From: a virus
IMG/VR virus record: IMGVR_UViG_3300037245_000888
Coordinates: 1-64,000 of that record
Strand: one strand, 5' to 3'
DNA: 64,000 nt
Part shown: piece after piece, positions 46,253 through 56,215 of the stretch
Position numbering within the stretch: the first letter of the stretch is position 1
How the letters are laid out: every line of letters begins with the position of its first letter
Position numbers and translations under genes: made by a program
The notes under the pieces: model-generated
What the model saw: only the letters and a program-made list of their open reading frames with translations
Database searches by the model: none
What the model was told of the DNA's origin: nothing

Positions 46253-49200
46253 ATGAACAACTATATTGACAACTATATAATCTATCATATTCACACAGAT
46301 ATATCTAATGGTTTTACAGTATTGGATTCAATAGATACATACTTAACATATATTAATATGGCTAAAGAAAATGGCATGGAGGCAATGGCTATATCAGAGC
46401 ATGGCTCTATACTAAATTGGTTAAAGAAAAAAGAATACATGGAGACAGAAAAGTATGTGTGTAAACATTGTGGTGAAGAGTATAAAAGTTTCGTGTCTGA
46501 ATGTAAAAAGTGTAAGTCAACAGATATCGAAAATACTATACATAAGATGAAATATATACATGCAATAGAAGCATATGTAACAGAGTCATTAGATGAAAAG
46601 GTGAGAGACAATAATCATATTATCTTAATAGCTAAGAATTGGGACGGTGTAATGGAATTGAATAGAATGTCTTCAAAGTCATTTAATAGAGAGGATGGAC
46701 ATTTTTATTTCAATCCAAGAATGACATATGATGAGATAAAATCAACAAGTGATAATATAATTATAACGACTGCATGTTTAGGTGGAATATTAAATAAGGG
46801 AAGTGACGAATATCAGTCAGATTTTATTGATTTCTTATCTAAAAATAAGCATAGATCATTCTTGGAAATACAACATCATAATGTAGAAGACCAGATAAAT
46901 TATAATAAGAAACTATATCAAATATCTAAGGATGCAGGAGTACCACTTATTGCTGGTACGGATACACATTGCTCAACAGCAAGCAAGTTAAATACAAGAA
47001 AATTAGCACAAGAAAGAAAAGGTGTGCGCTTCGATAATGAAGATGGCTGGGACTTGTTATTTAAATCATATGAAGAATTAGTGTCATCATATGACGAACA
47101 GAATTCATTGCCTAAAGATGTATATATGCAAGCAATAGAAAATACAAATGTTATGGCAGGTATGATCGAAGAGTTTGAAATGGATAGATCAAACAAATAT
47201 CCTAAGCTGTATAATAATTCTATGGAGATGATAAAAGACAAAATATCAACTGGTTATAAAGATAGAATGAAAAATAAAGTTCATGATAAAAAGGTATACA
47301 ATGATAGAATAAAATATGAACTAAAAACAATGAGAGATAATGGTTCAATAGATTATATTCTACTTGAAGATTTAGTAAAATCAACAATGAGAAGCAAAGG
47401 TATATATCCAGCTTATTCTAGAGGAAGTTGCTCAGGTAGTCAAATTGCATATCTAACAAGAATAACAGATATTGATGCAATTAAATATAATATGAGTTTT
47501 GAAAGATTTATGAATCCTGAGAGAGTTTCCTTATGTGATATAGATAGCGATTGGGCTCCATCAGAAAGAGGTGAGATTAAGAAGTTCTTACACAATATGA
47601 ATGATGAAGTAGAGCTGGCAAGTACAGTCTATATATCGGAAATAGTTACATTTAATAGGTGGGGAATAAATGGTGCCATAAGAGATGTAGCTCCGATGTT
47701 AAATTACTCGTACAAAGATATAGATAGCATATGTAGCAATATTGAATCCGATGAGCCTAAGTTAAGAAAAAAACATAAAGAACTATTTAAATATGTAGAT
47801 GATTTGATTGGTGTAATATTCTCGATTGGAACACATGCTGCAGGAACAATAGTTAGCCCAATTCCATTAGAGGATAATGTTGGCACGTTTACATCTTCAA
47901 CAAATAACTATCCGATATCACAATTAAATATGAAGGAGATTGATAGTTTGAATTTCGTGAAACTTGATATACTTGGACTGGATAATTGGGAGGTTATACT
48001 CAAGTCATGCAAGCTGGCCGGAATAGATACATTGGTACCTGATAATATGGATTTCTCAGATCAAGAAGTGTGGGATAATATGTTATTAGATCCGATTGGT
48101 ATGTTTCAATTTGAGGGAGATTTTGCACATAGTTATTTAAGAAAGGTTTTTAGAAAATCCAACATAGATAAAATGAAAGCTAATATGATTGGCATACCTG
48201 AAGAGTTGAAGACTATAATTATACTTGGTATTGTGAATGGTGCAATAAGACCAGCAGGAGCTTCATATAGAGATGCATTGGCAAATGGTGATTACAATGA
48301 TAACGGACACAAAGTTTTAAATGATTTCCTATCACCAACATTGGGATATTTAATATTCCAAGAGCAGATAATAGAATTCTTAAATAGGTTCTGTGGATTC
48401 ACAATGGGAGAGGCTGACACTGTCCGTAGAGGGTTTGCTAAAAAGACAGGTACAGAGAAATATATACCTAGAATAACAAGTGGATTTATTAAGATTATGC
48501 ATGATGAATATGGTGTATGTAAAAAGGAATCTGAGGCGATAATAATCTCTTTCCTAAAAGTTATAGAAGATGCTAGTTTTTACTTATTCTCAAAGAACCA
48601 TGCTGATCCATACTCAATGTTAGGATTCGCAACTGCATATCTTAGAACATATCACCCATTAGAATTCTTTACATCTATGCTTGAGGTCAATTTATCAAAC
48701 ATGGATAAGACTAATCAAATAATGAAATATATAAATAAATTTACAAATATAAGAGTCAAGCCAGCACAATTTGGAAGATCGACTGCACATTATTCTTGTA
48801 GCAAAGAGAATAATACAATCTACAAAGGCATTGCATCAATTAAAACATTAGGAGTGTCAGTAGGCGATGCATTTGAAAAGCTTAATAGTGGGTCATACAA
48901 GACGTTTATGGACGCATTAGACGGCATATATCAATATGATAATGTTATGTATATCAGAAGGTATGAACGTGCTTTAAAGGATGATCTAAAGGTTTTAAAG
49001 AAGCAGTGGAAAGAAGATGGGTTTAATAAAGATGAGATAAAAGAAAAGAATGAAGTAGAGAAAACTATAATAGCGAACAAAGTAAAGGATGAAAGAGTCA
49101 TGTGTCCAACTAATCAATTGGTGGGAGACTCTGCAATAGAATTATTAATAGGACTTTCATTCTTCAAAGAGTATGGAAAATCTCAATATCTAATAAACAT

Positions 49201-49741
49201 TCTCAAGGCATATTCTAAAATTAGATATGCTATGGCATTAAAAAAATCATCACTTGAGTCACTTGATATTGAATGGATAAAAATAATTATAAACAATTCA
49301 AAAGAGACAGACTCACAATATTCACAACTTGACACAGATAAAATATTACCTGAAATTATAGACATTATTCAAGATGTTGATATTTCAATAGATAATTGTT
49401 TATTACTTCAGGCTGAATATCTTGGATATATAAATGGCGAGTTGATAGAAAACCCACCATCTAAATATTGTATAATCAATATGGTAAATAAAAGATATAC
49501 ACCATATCTAAGACTACAGAGTTTGACAGGTAAGCAATTTGATGCTAAGATTGATAAAAGAACATTTAACTATAAGTTAGAGCAAGGAGATATACTTGAG
49601 CTAAGAAAGATAGTTAAAAAACCACAATATAAAATGGTTGGTGAGAAAACCAATGGAAAACCTGATTATGTTGAAGATAAAACTAAACCTCTAATTATAT
49701 GGGTTACTGATTATAGGGTTGTTGAAAAGGGAGGAGAATAA
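46253..49741 (+). CDS. dnaE: DNA polymerase III alpha subunit (DnaE type)
   Basis: PHP motifs HIH/EH/DTH, RGSCSGS, FERFMNPER, DIDSD, GTHAAG, KLDILGL, FQFE, YLFSKNHA; AAGGAGG RBS before ATG 46253. Confidence 0.96.
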   Translation: MNNYIDNYIIYHIHTDISNGFTVLDSIDTYLTYINMAKENGMEAMAISEHGSILNWLKKKEYMETEKYVCKHCGEEYKSFVSECKKCKSTDIENTIHKMKYIHAIEAYVTESLDEKVRDNNHIILIAKNWDGVMELNRMSSKSFNREDGHFYFNPRMTYDEIKSTSDNIIITTACLGGILNKGSDEYQSDFIDFLSKNKHRSFLEIQHHNVEDQINYNKKLYQISKDAGVPLIAGTDTHCSTASKLNTRKLAQERKGVRFDNEDGWDLLFKSYEELVSSYDEQNSLPKDVYMQAIENTNVMAGMIEEFEMDRSNKYPKLYNNSMEMIKDKISTGYKDRMKNKVHDKKVYNDRIKYELKTMRDNGSIDYILLEDLVKSTMRSKGIYPAYSRGSCSGSQIAYLTRITDIDAIKYNMSFERFMNPERVSLCDIDSDWAPSERGEIKKFLHNMNDEVELASTVYISEIVTFNRWGINGAIRDVAPMLNYSYKDIDSICSNIESDEPKLRKKHKELFKYVDDLIGVIFSIGTHAAGTIVSPIPLEDNVGTFTSSTNNYPISQLNMKEIDSLNFVKLDILGLDNWEVILKSCKLAGIDTLVPDNMDFSDQEVWDNMLLDPIGMFQFEGDFAHSYLRKVFRKSNIDKMKANMIGIPEELKTIIILGIVNGAIRPAGASYRDALANGDYNDNGHKVLNDFLSPTLGYLIFQEQIIEFLNRFCGFTMGEADTVRRGFAKKTGTEKYIPRITSGFIKIMHDEYGVCKKESEAIIISFLKVIEDASFYLFSKNHADPYSMLGFATAYLRTYHPLEFFTSMLEVNLSNMDKTNQIMKYINKFTNIRVKPAQFGRSTAHYSCSKENNTIYKGIASIKTLGVSVGDAFEKLNSGSYKTFMDALDGIYQYDNVMYIRRYERALKDDLKVLKKQWKEDGFNKDEIKEKNEVEKTIIANKVKDERVMCPTNQLVGDSAIELLIGLSFFKEYGKSQYLINILKAYSKIRYAMALKKSSLESLDIEWIKIIINNSKETDSQYSQLDTDKILPEIIDIIQDVDISIDNCLLLQAEYLGYINGELIENPPSKYCIINMVNKRYTPYLRLQSLTGKQFDAKIDKRTFNYKLEQGDILELRKIVKKPQYKMVGEKTNGKPDYVEDKTKPLIIWVTDYRVVEKGGE

Positions 49742-49742
49742 T

Positions 49743-52196
49743 TTGAGTGAAGAAAAAAATATTGTTGAGTTCAAATGTGAGATTGAAAATTGTGTATTCC
49801 AGAGTGACAACTGGAGTATATATGCAGCAATACCTAAATTTGATTCAGTAGATGTATCTGACAAGGATATATTCTCTGAGTCTGAAGTCAAGGATGATGG
49901 ATTTAAATACAACAAATACAATAATATAACACTAGTTGGTAATTTACCATCATTAGATTTATATCAAGAATATACGATTAAAGCAGATGTTACAAATGAT
50001 CCTAATTATGGATGGCAATATAAAGTTATAACACTGCATAGAGATGTTCCAGCTAGTGATGCTGCGACTAGAGATTTCCTAGCGTCTATACTGACATACG
50101 ATCAATGTAGTGTCGTATTAGAAGTTTATCCCGATGTTGTAAATATGGTAATAGATGGCAATGAAAAAGAAATAGATGTCACTAAACTTCATAATATAGG
50201 TGAATTCAGAAAAGGTAAGATGATAGACAAGATACAGGAAAACTATGTTTATATGGATTTACTTTCAGAATTTAAGGACTTTGATTTATCTTTATCTACA
50301 GTGAAAGCATTATTTACGAAGCATGGGTCATCCGAAAAGGTTAAGCAAGTATTTTATAAAGATCCATACAAATTCTTAATGGACATGGATAGGATAGGAT
50401 TCAAAAGAGCGGATGATAAAATATTGAGAAAGATGCCTGAATTAAAGAGTAGCTATATAAGATGTAAAGCATATTTTGATAAATATATTATGGATATGGA
50501 GGGCAAAGGACATACAATTATATCACTTCCAAAGTTAGAAGAGTCTGTAAGAGAAAATATAATAGATAGCTATGAGTATTTTGATGAAGTTCAAAGCGAT
50601 GAAAGATTCAAAAAGATAAAGAATTTTATCATGAGAAAAGAAACATTTGATAAAGAATTGTATATAGCTCAGACTTTAATCGATATGCAATATGGTAATG
50701 AGCTAAGAGTATGGGATTATGATTTTGTAGACATTAATAAAGACAAAGAATTCCCTGCAACATTAGAACAGATAGCTGCAATGAATGACGCATTAATTAA
50801 TAACGTGAGTATGTTATTTGCAATAGGTGGGTCTGGAAAGTCATTTGCTATGAAAACTCTACTAGATGTATTAGATGAATTAAATAAAACGTCTCTATGG
50901 TTGGCTCCAACAGGTAGGGCAAGCAAGGTTTTATCTGATTATATTGGAAGAGGAGCAAGCACAATACACAGAGGTTTGGCATACAATCCTTCACAGTCTC
51001 CTAAATGGGGATACAATGAAAACAGTAAATTGAATTGTGATATTGTTATTATTGATGAGGGCTCAATGATCGATGTAGATTTAATGTATAGATTATGCTT
51101 AGCAATTGATCCAAGCGTAACTAAATTATTTATAGTTGGAGACGATTATCAAATACCTTCAGTTGGAAAAGGTAATGTTGCATACGATATGCTCAGATCA
51201 ACATTTATAAATGTATCTAGATTAACAAAAGTATTCAGATACAAAGCTGGAGGCATGGCAAAAGTATTAGATGATATGAGACTTGGAAAAGTATTCTTTG
51301 ATAGAAAAACATTGAAAGAAGGCGTAAATACATTTGGAGAAGATAAAGATTATGTATTAATTAAGACTCCACAAGAGAAGTCAAGTGGGACAATATTATC
51401 TATATACAACAAAATGATATTGCAAGGAGTCCCACATACGGATATAATGATAACAATGACAATGAATGTTCATGAACACGGTGCAATAAAAATTAATAAA
51501 ATGATACAAAAATATTTACTCGACAAAACTAAATTGTTGGATAAAAATAGAAACATAAAGTCTAATGGAATGGATTGGTATGTTGGAGATATAGTAATGC
51601 AAACGTCAAACGATTATAAGGCTGAAATATCAGAAAGCTTATTTGAGAGCTCATCACCGTTTGTAGGTGAAGTATTTAATGGATCAGTAGGAAAGATTAT
51701 AGATATTCAAAGAGATAAAGCATTGATAGAGTTTGATGGCGTTAAATTAGTCTACACAAAGAGTAAATTCTATAACCTGCTATTGGGTTATGCCGTCAAT
51801 ATATATAAACTACAGGGTGGTCAGGCTCCATATATTATACTATCTACACCAAAAGCTCATACATTTAATATGAATAAAAATCTAATGTATACAGGTGGAA
51901 GTAGAGCAAAGAAAAGACTGTTCCATATTACTGATATAGATATTATATTATCAGCATTGTCTAAGTCTGCAACATTTGAAAGAGATACACTACTTGGACA
52001 TTTACTAAAGAAAGTATATTTAGATTGGTCTAAAGAAAAAGTGGTTAAACCGTATGTTGAAAAAGAACACAATAATAGAAATCATCAATTTGGATTAGGC
52101 GATAGAAAACCACCAACTATAGGTAAAACATATAAAGACTCAAATACGTTTAGAGGCTTCACAGCTATGGATGGAGACGATGACATACCTTTCTAA
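49743..52196 (+). CDS. RecD2-like SF1B helicase
   Basis: N-terminal OB/HhH, GGSGKS, APTGRA, STIHR, DEGSM, VGDDYQ, FNG.G, YKLQG, YTGGSRAK. Confidence 0.9.
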   Translation: MSEEKNIVEFKCEIENCVFQSDNWSIYAAIPKFDSVDVSDKDIFSESEVKDDGFKYNKYNNITLVGNLPSLDLYQEYTIKADVTNDPNYGWQYKVITLHRDVPASDAATRDFLASILTYDQCSVVLEVYPDVVNMVIDGNEKEIDVTKLHNIGEFRKGKMIDKIQENYVYMDLLSEFKDFDLSLSTVKALFTKHGSSEKVKQVFYKDPYKFLMDMDRIGFKRADDKILRKMPELKSSYIRCKAYFDKYIMDMEGKGHTIISLPKLEESVRENIIDSYEYFDEVQSDERFKKIKNFIMRKETFDKELYIAQTLIDMQYGNELRVWDYDFVDINKDKEFPATLEQIAAMNDALINNVSMLFAIGGSGKSFAMKTLLDVLDELNKTSLWLAPTGRASKVLSDYIGRGASTIHRGLAYNPSQSPKWGYNENSKLNCDIVIIDEGSMIDVDLMYRLCLAIDPSVTKLFIVGDDYQIPSVGKGNVAYDMLRSTFINVSRLTKVFRYKAGGMAKVLDDMRLGKVFFDRKTLKEGVNTFGEDKDYVLIKTPQEKSSGTILSIYNKMILQGVPHTDIMITMTMNVHEHGAIKINKMIQKYLLDKTKLLDKNRNIKSNGMDWYVGDIVMQTSNDYKAEISESLFESSSPFVGEVFNGSVGKIIDIQRDKALIEFDGVKLVYTKSKFYNLLLGYAVNIYKLQGGQAPYIILSTPKAHTFNMNKNLMYTGGSRAKKRLFHITDIDIILSALSKSATFERDTLLGHLLKKVYLDWSKEKVVKPYVEKEHNNRNHQFGLGDRKPPTIGKTYKDSNTFRGFTAMDGDDDIPF

Positions 52197-52219
52197 ACAA
52201 CTAAAAGGAGAAATAAAAT

Positions 52220-55120
52220 ATGAACACGAAAATCACAAATAACATTAAAATATCACAAATCAAAAATACAAAAGTATGTGCATTTAAAGGCTTCATGTCA
52301 ACATTCAACGTGAGAGGTGGGTCTACCCCATTCCTCCACCTCTTATCTCTACATAAGAAATTTATAAGAGAACATGATAATATGACTGTTATAGAAGAAT
52401 TCTTTGATGAAAATGTAGATGATTCGTACTTTCATTCTACTGTGGCCTTAGATATCGAGAAGAACTTATTCACTAAAAATTTAACTAGAATGTACGACTA
52501 TTTCAAGTCTAATAACGCTACTATAATAGATTCTAAAGGTGGCTCATTCGATTACAATCACAATGGACAAACTATAGAAACTAAATATGATATGATTATT
52601 GAATATCCAGATAGAATTGAAGTTGTTAAAATTGCTAACACTATTCCTAAGCTGTCATATAACGCTAAATCAGAGAAAAACTTACCAAGCAACAATCTAG
52701 AATTGTTCTTACTATCTGAGGGTGGTAAGAGTGCCTTTAACAGTGGTGGAACGTTGTTTGATAACATTAGTCTAGGGATTACAGATAAGCCTGTATATGG
52801 GTCTTTTTACCACCTACAGGGTAAGGCTGACAAGGATTCAGATAAGAAAAGTAAAATAGTTAAAAATTGTTATCAGATGTGGTTGAAAGGTGATTTCAAA
52901 GGTATTCAACATGAATTAAATGAGTTACAAGAACTATATTATTATTATCATGAATTAGGTAAGAATGGAAAAGCAAAACCCTTTATGACTAAAATTAATA
53001 AAATTAACTCAATCCTAAAGTTTGATCACAATCATGGTAATCACATTATCTCTGAAGTAAAGTTTGATAAATATAATATTCTATCTGAATTAGATGATAT
53101 ATTATCTGTTGAGTTAAATATGGATAGTGATAAATGTTCAGGAACCCATTGTACTATGTGTCCAAGTAAAGTATTATGTGACGCAAAGAAGTATACTCAT
53201 ATCGACTTAGAAGAGATAGTTGATGAAATTGAGGATGCTGATGATTGGACTAAGCTGCTTGATGATAATTATGAGTTAATAGAGAAGGTTGAGATTAAAC
53301 CAACTAATCAGCAACAAGCAGTGATAGATACCAAAGAAGGATTTATTAGAGTTAACTCAGCATGTGGAACAGGTAAGTCTGAAACTACAGCTCAGAGATT
53401 TAAATCATTAATTCAAGATGGAGTTGAGTCAAATAAAATACTTGGAATCACATTCACAAACAAAGGTGGACAGGAGTTAAGAGATAGAGTTTCAAAGAGA
53501 GCTAACGTTGATAAAAATGATCTTGAGATTTATACATTTAACTCACTAGGCTCTCATATATTAAATAATGAGTTTGAATTATTAGGATTCACAAAAGAAC
53601 CAACTATCGTAGATAATATCACGAAAGTAGAAACTATGTTATCTATATTAAGAAATCCAAAGTACTATAGTATTGATTGGTTAAATATGAAATTACCATT
53701 ACTATCTATGATCAATGCTAAAGGTGCAGTTTATGAATTATTTGCTGCATTCAGCAAGAAGAAAACATTTGATACGTTTGGTGATTACGATAAAGAGCAA
53801 CTGGAAATTATTCAAGAAATGTTCGATGAATATAATAAAGCCGTTTGGAGTAAAGATAAAATTGACTATCAAGACCAAATATTATTAGTTAATGAATTAT
53901 TCGAAAACCATCCACAGCTTATTGAGAAATATGGATTTACACACATTATGACTGATGAGTTTCAAGATACTAATAAAATGCAAGTATACTTGCTTAATCA
54001 ATTATCAACATACACAGAGTTTGTATCAATGATGAATGTAGGTGACGCATCTCAAAGTATATACAGTTTTGCTGGATCCTCACAAGAATATATGTTAAAC
54101 TTCGAAGCATATTTTGGAGAGTTCACAGATTTATCAATGACAACTAATTTCAGATCAACAACGCAAATTTGCGATTTTGCCAATAAATTGGATAGATTAA
54201 ATACTATCAGAATAGATAAAACAATGACATCATTCAAAGGAAATGGAGAAGAAGTAGAATTACTCTCATACGATACCCTAGAAGACGAATATAGGGACGT
54301 AGCGAACCTTATTAAGTTTTCTGATACTAACTATCAAGACACTGCTATACTGGCAAGAACGAAGGCTGAGCTGCTTAAAATGCAACGTGTGTTAAGTGAT
54401 AATAATATACCTAGTATAATTGATGTCACTGAAAGAAATATAGACAATCATACTGTTAGGCTTGCTATTAATTTAGCTCAGTATTTAAACAACCCAAAAG
54501 AGAATCAATATTTGTTAGATCACATTTCATATTTAAATCCAGAAGTGTCCAGTGATGATGAGTTAAATAATCTTATGGATAGTGTTGGTAAAACATTAAC
54601 AGATGTAATTAACAATATTATCACTGAAGAAGAAAGACTAGAAGAAGGTTTGGATGCTAATGAGTCTATTGAATTAACTAGATTAGAATTATATTTAGAT
54701 TTAGTTAGACCATTAAGAGACTCTGATGAAGTATGTGACAAGTTTATTGAAGGTGTATTAAATAGTAGAACATTCATATCAATATCTGATTTATCTTCTT
54801 ATTTAAAGAAACATGTAGATTATAATGATGCTGGACAAGTTGAGAAAGATGAAAGAAAATGGAAAGCTGTTAAACTTACAACTCTTCATTCTAGTAAGGG
54901 ACAAGAATTTAATACTACTTTCGTTCTCCTTGACAAAATGAAATATGATCACAAAATGTCACTAAAGGATTTGGAGGAAGAGAGGAGATTACTCTTTGTT
55001 GGCTGTACTAGGTCAAAGGATAAGTTGTACATCATGTATAACAAGAATATGGATAAGAAACGTGGAGCTGGCAAGTATTGCTTGTTTGCTGATGAAGTTG
55101 CTATGATATTACAAGATTAA
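52220..55120 (+). CDS. UvrD/PcrA-like SF1A helicase with an N-terminal ~350-aa Cas4-like domain
   Basis: QQ, ACGTGKS, TFTNK, DEFQD, VGDASQSIY, NFRS, ILART, TLHSSKGQEF, EERRLLFVGCTR; N-terminal Cys plus C-x4-C-x2-C-x5-C. Confidence 0.88.
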   Translation: MNTKITNNIKISQIKNTKVCAFKGFMSTFNVRGGSTPFLHLLSLHKKFIREHDNMTVIEEFFDENVDDSYFHSTVALDIEKNLFTKNLTRMYDYFKSNNATIIDSKGGSFDYNHNGQTIETKYDMIIEYPDRIEVVKIANTIPKLSYNAKSEKNLPSNNLELFLLSEGGKSAFNSGGTLFDNISLGITDKPVYGSFYHLQGKADKDSDKKSKIVKNCYQMWLKGDFKGIQHELNELQELYYYYHELGKNGKAKPFMTKINKINSILKFDHNHGNHIISEVKFDKYNILSELDDILSVELNMDSDKCSGTHCTMCPSKVLCDAKKYTHIDLEEIVDEIEDADDWTKLLDDNYELIEKVEIKPTNQQQAVIDTKEGFIRVNSACGTGKSETTAQRFKSLIQDGVESNKILGITFTNKGGQELRDRVSKRANVDKNDLEIYTFNSLGSHILNNEFELLGFTKEPTIVDNITKVETMLSILRNPKYYSIDWLNMKLPLLSMINAKGAVYELFAAFSKKKTFDTFGDYDKEQLEIIQEMFDEYNKAVWSKDKIDYQDQILLVNELFENHPQLIEKYGFTHIMTDEFQDTNKMQVYLLNQLSTYTEFVSMMNVGDASQSIYSFAGSSQEYMLNFEAYFGEFTDLSMTTNFRSTTQICDFANKLDRLNTIRIDKTMTSFKGNGEEVELLSYDTLEDEYRDVANLIKFSDTNYQDTAILARTKAELLKMQRVLSDNNIPSIIDVTERNIDNHTVRLAINLAQYLNNPKENQYLLDHISYLNPEVSSDDELNNLMDSVGKTLTDVINNIITEEERLEEGLDANESIELTRLELYLDLVRPLRDSDEVCDKFIEGVLNSRTFISISDLSSYLKKHVDYNDAGQVEKDERKWKAVKLTTLHSSKGQEFNTTFVLLDKMKYDHKMSLKDLEEERRLLFVGCTRSKDKLYIMYNKNMDKKRGAGKYCLFADEVAMILQD

Positions 55121-55152
55121 CCAAACTAAATAAAATAAATCTAATAAAAGCA

Positions 55153-55181
55153 TTGACATTAAGTTGTTGATGCTTTATTAT
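55153..55181 (+). promoter_or_regulatory. sigma-A promoter embedded in an inverted repeat
   Basis: TTGACA-17-TATTAT inside TAATAAAAGCATTGACA / TGTTGATGCTTTATTA. Confidence 0.7.
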
Positions 55182-55227
55182 ATTACATATAGGGAACAGG
55201 AAAACAATATTGAGGAGGAAATTAATA

Positions 55228-55776
55228 ATGGGAATGTATACAGGAATCAGATTTAAGGGAACAGTAAAAGAAGAGTTTAGAAAAGGGTTTGGTATTATTG
55301 CTATTGAAGGAGATTGGGAATTACATTTAGATGATAACTTAAAAGCATTTGGAGATAATGTAGGTAGAAGTGGTTTTATCCCATGTGGATGCTTATCATA
55401 TATGCCTGATAAATGGGAGAAGGATTATATTAATCCAGAAGGCAATAAGGAGCCTGAATTTAGCTCAGATAAAGACAAACCAATTGAAGAAGTTAAATAT
55501 TACAAACAAGTTGACACAGATGGATTTAAAAGAACATATAATGAAGAAACTGGTTATTGGACTTTCCAATGTTCATTAAAGAATTATGAATCTGAGATTG
55601 AAATATTCTTTAAATTATTACCTTATTTTATTGAGTCGATTGATCACTTAGAATATTTCTATGAAGAAGATACATGGTCACAAAAGTATGAATTAGTGAA
55701 TGGAAAGGTTGTTGAGACAAGTGATAAATTTGTACTGTATGGATATGAAGATGAAAATAGTAAGTGGGGTTATTAA
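55228..55776 (+). CDS. conserved phage hypothetical protein
   Basis: GAGGAGG RBS; MGMYT...CSLKNY...YEE pattern. Confidence 0.65.
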   Translation: MGMYTGIRFKGTVKEEFRKGFGIIAIEGDWELHLDDNLKAFGDNVGRSGFIPCGCLSYMPDKWEKDYINPEGNKEPEFSSDKDKPIEEVKYYKQVDTDGFKRTYNEETGYWTFQCSLKNYESEIEIFFKLLPYFIESIDHLEYFYEEDTWSQKYELVNGKVVETSDKFVLYGYEDENSKWGY

Positions 55777-55777
55777 A

Positions 55778-56215
55778 ATGAATTCAAATACAACATTAGA
55801 AGAATTAGATTTATCGGTAAGAGCATATAATTGCTTAAAGAGACACAGAATTAATACACTTGGACAATTAGAGAAATTAACTCATGAAGATTTATTGAAA
55901 GTTAGAAATATGAATATGAAATGTGTTTTTGAAGTTGAGAAGAAATTAGGTAGAGTTGATGAAATAGTTGAACATTCTCCATTAGAATTTAAACCTAATG
56001 AAATAGTATTCGATAGAAAAAGAGGCTGGTACGGTATTTACTTAAGTAAAGTAGATTCAGAATGCTCAGAGGTTCAATTTGAAGATGGATTAACTATCGT
56101 CCGAACTAAATGGCTAACACATGTTAATCAAGTTGCAGTGTTAAAAATTATTAGAGAATATAATGAATTACAGCAAAGAGGTGTGATTGACTTAGGAAAT
56201 GAATTTGAATATTAA
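55778..56215 (+). CDS. RNA polymerase alpha C-terminal-domain-like protein fused to a small beta-barrel domain
   Basis: TLEELDLSVRAYNCLKRHRINTL..L...DLLKVRN closely matches the RpoA CTD. Confidence 0.85.
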   Translation: MNSNTTLEELDLSVRAYNCLKRHRINTLGQLEKLTHEDLLKVRNMNMKCVFEVEKKLGRVDEIVEHSPLEFKPNEIVFDRKRGWYGIYLSKVDSECSEVQFEDGLTIVRTKWLTHVNQVAVLKIIREYNELQQRGVIDLGNEFEY

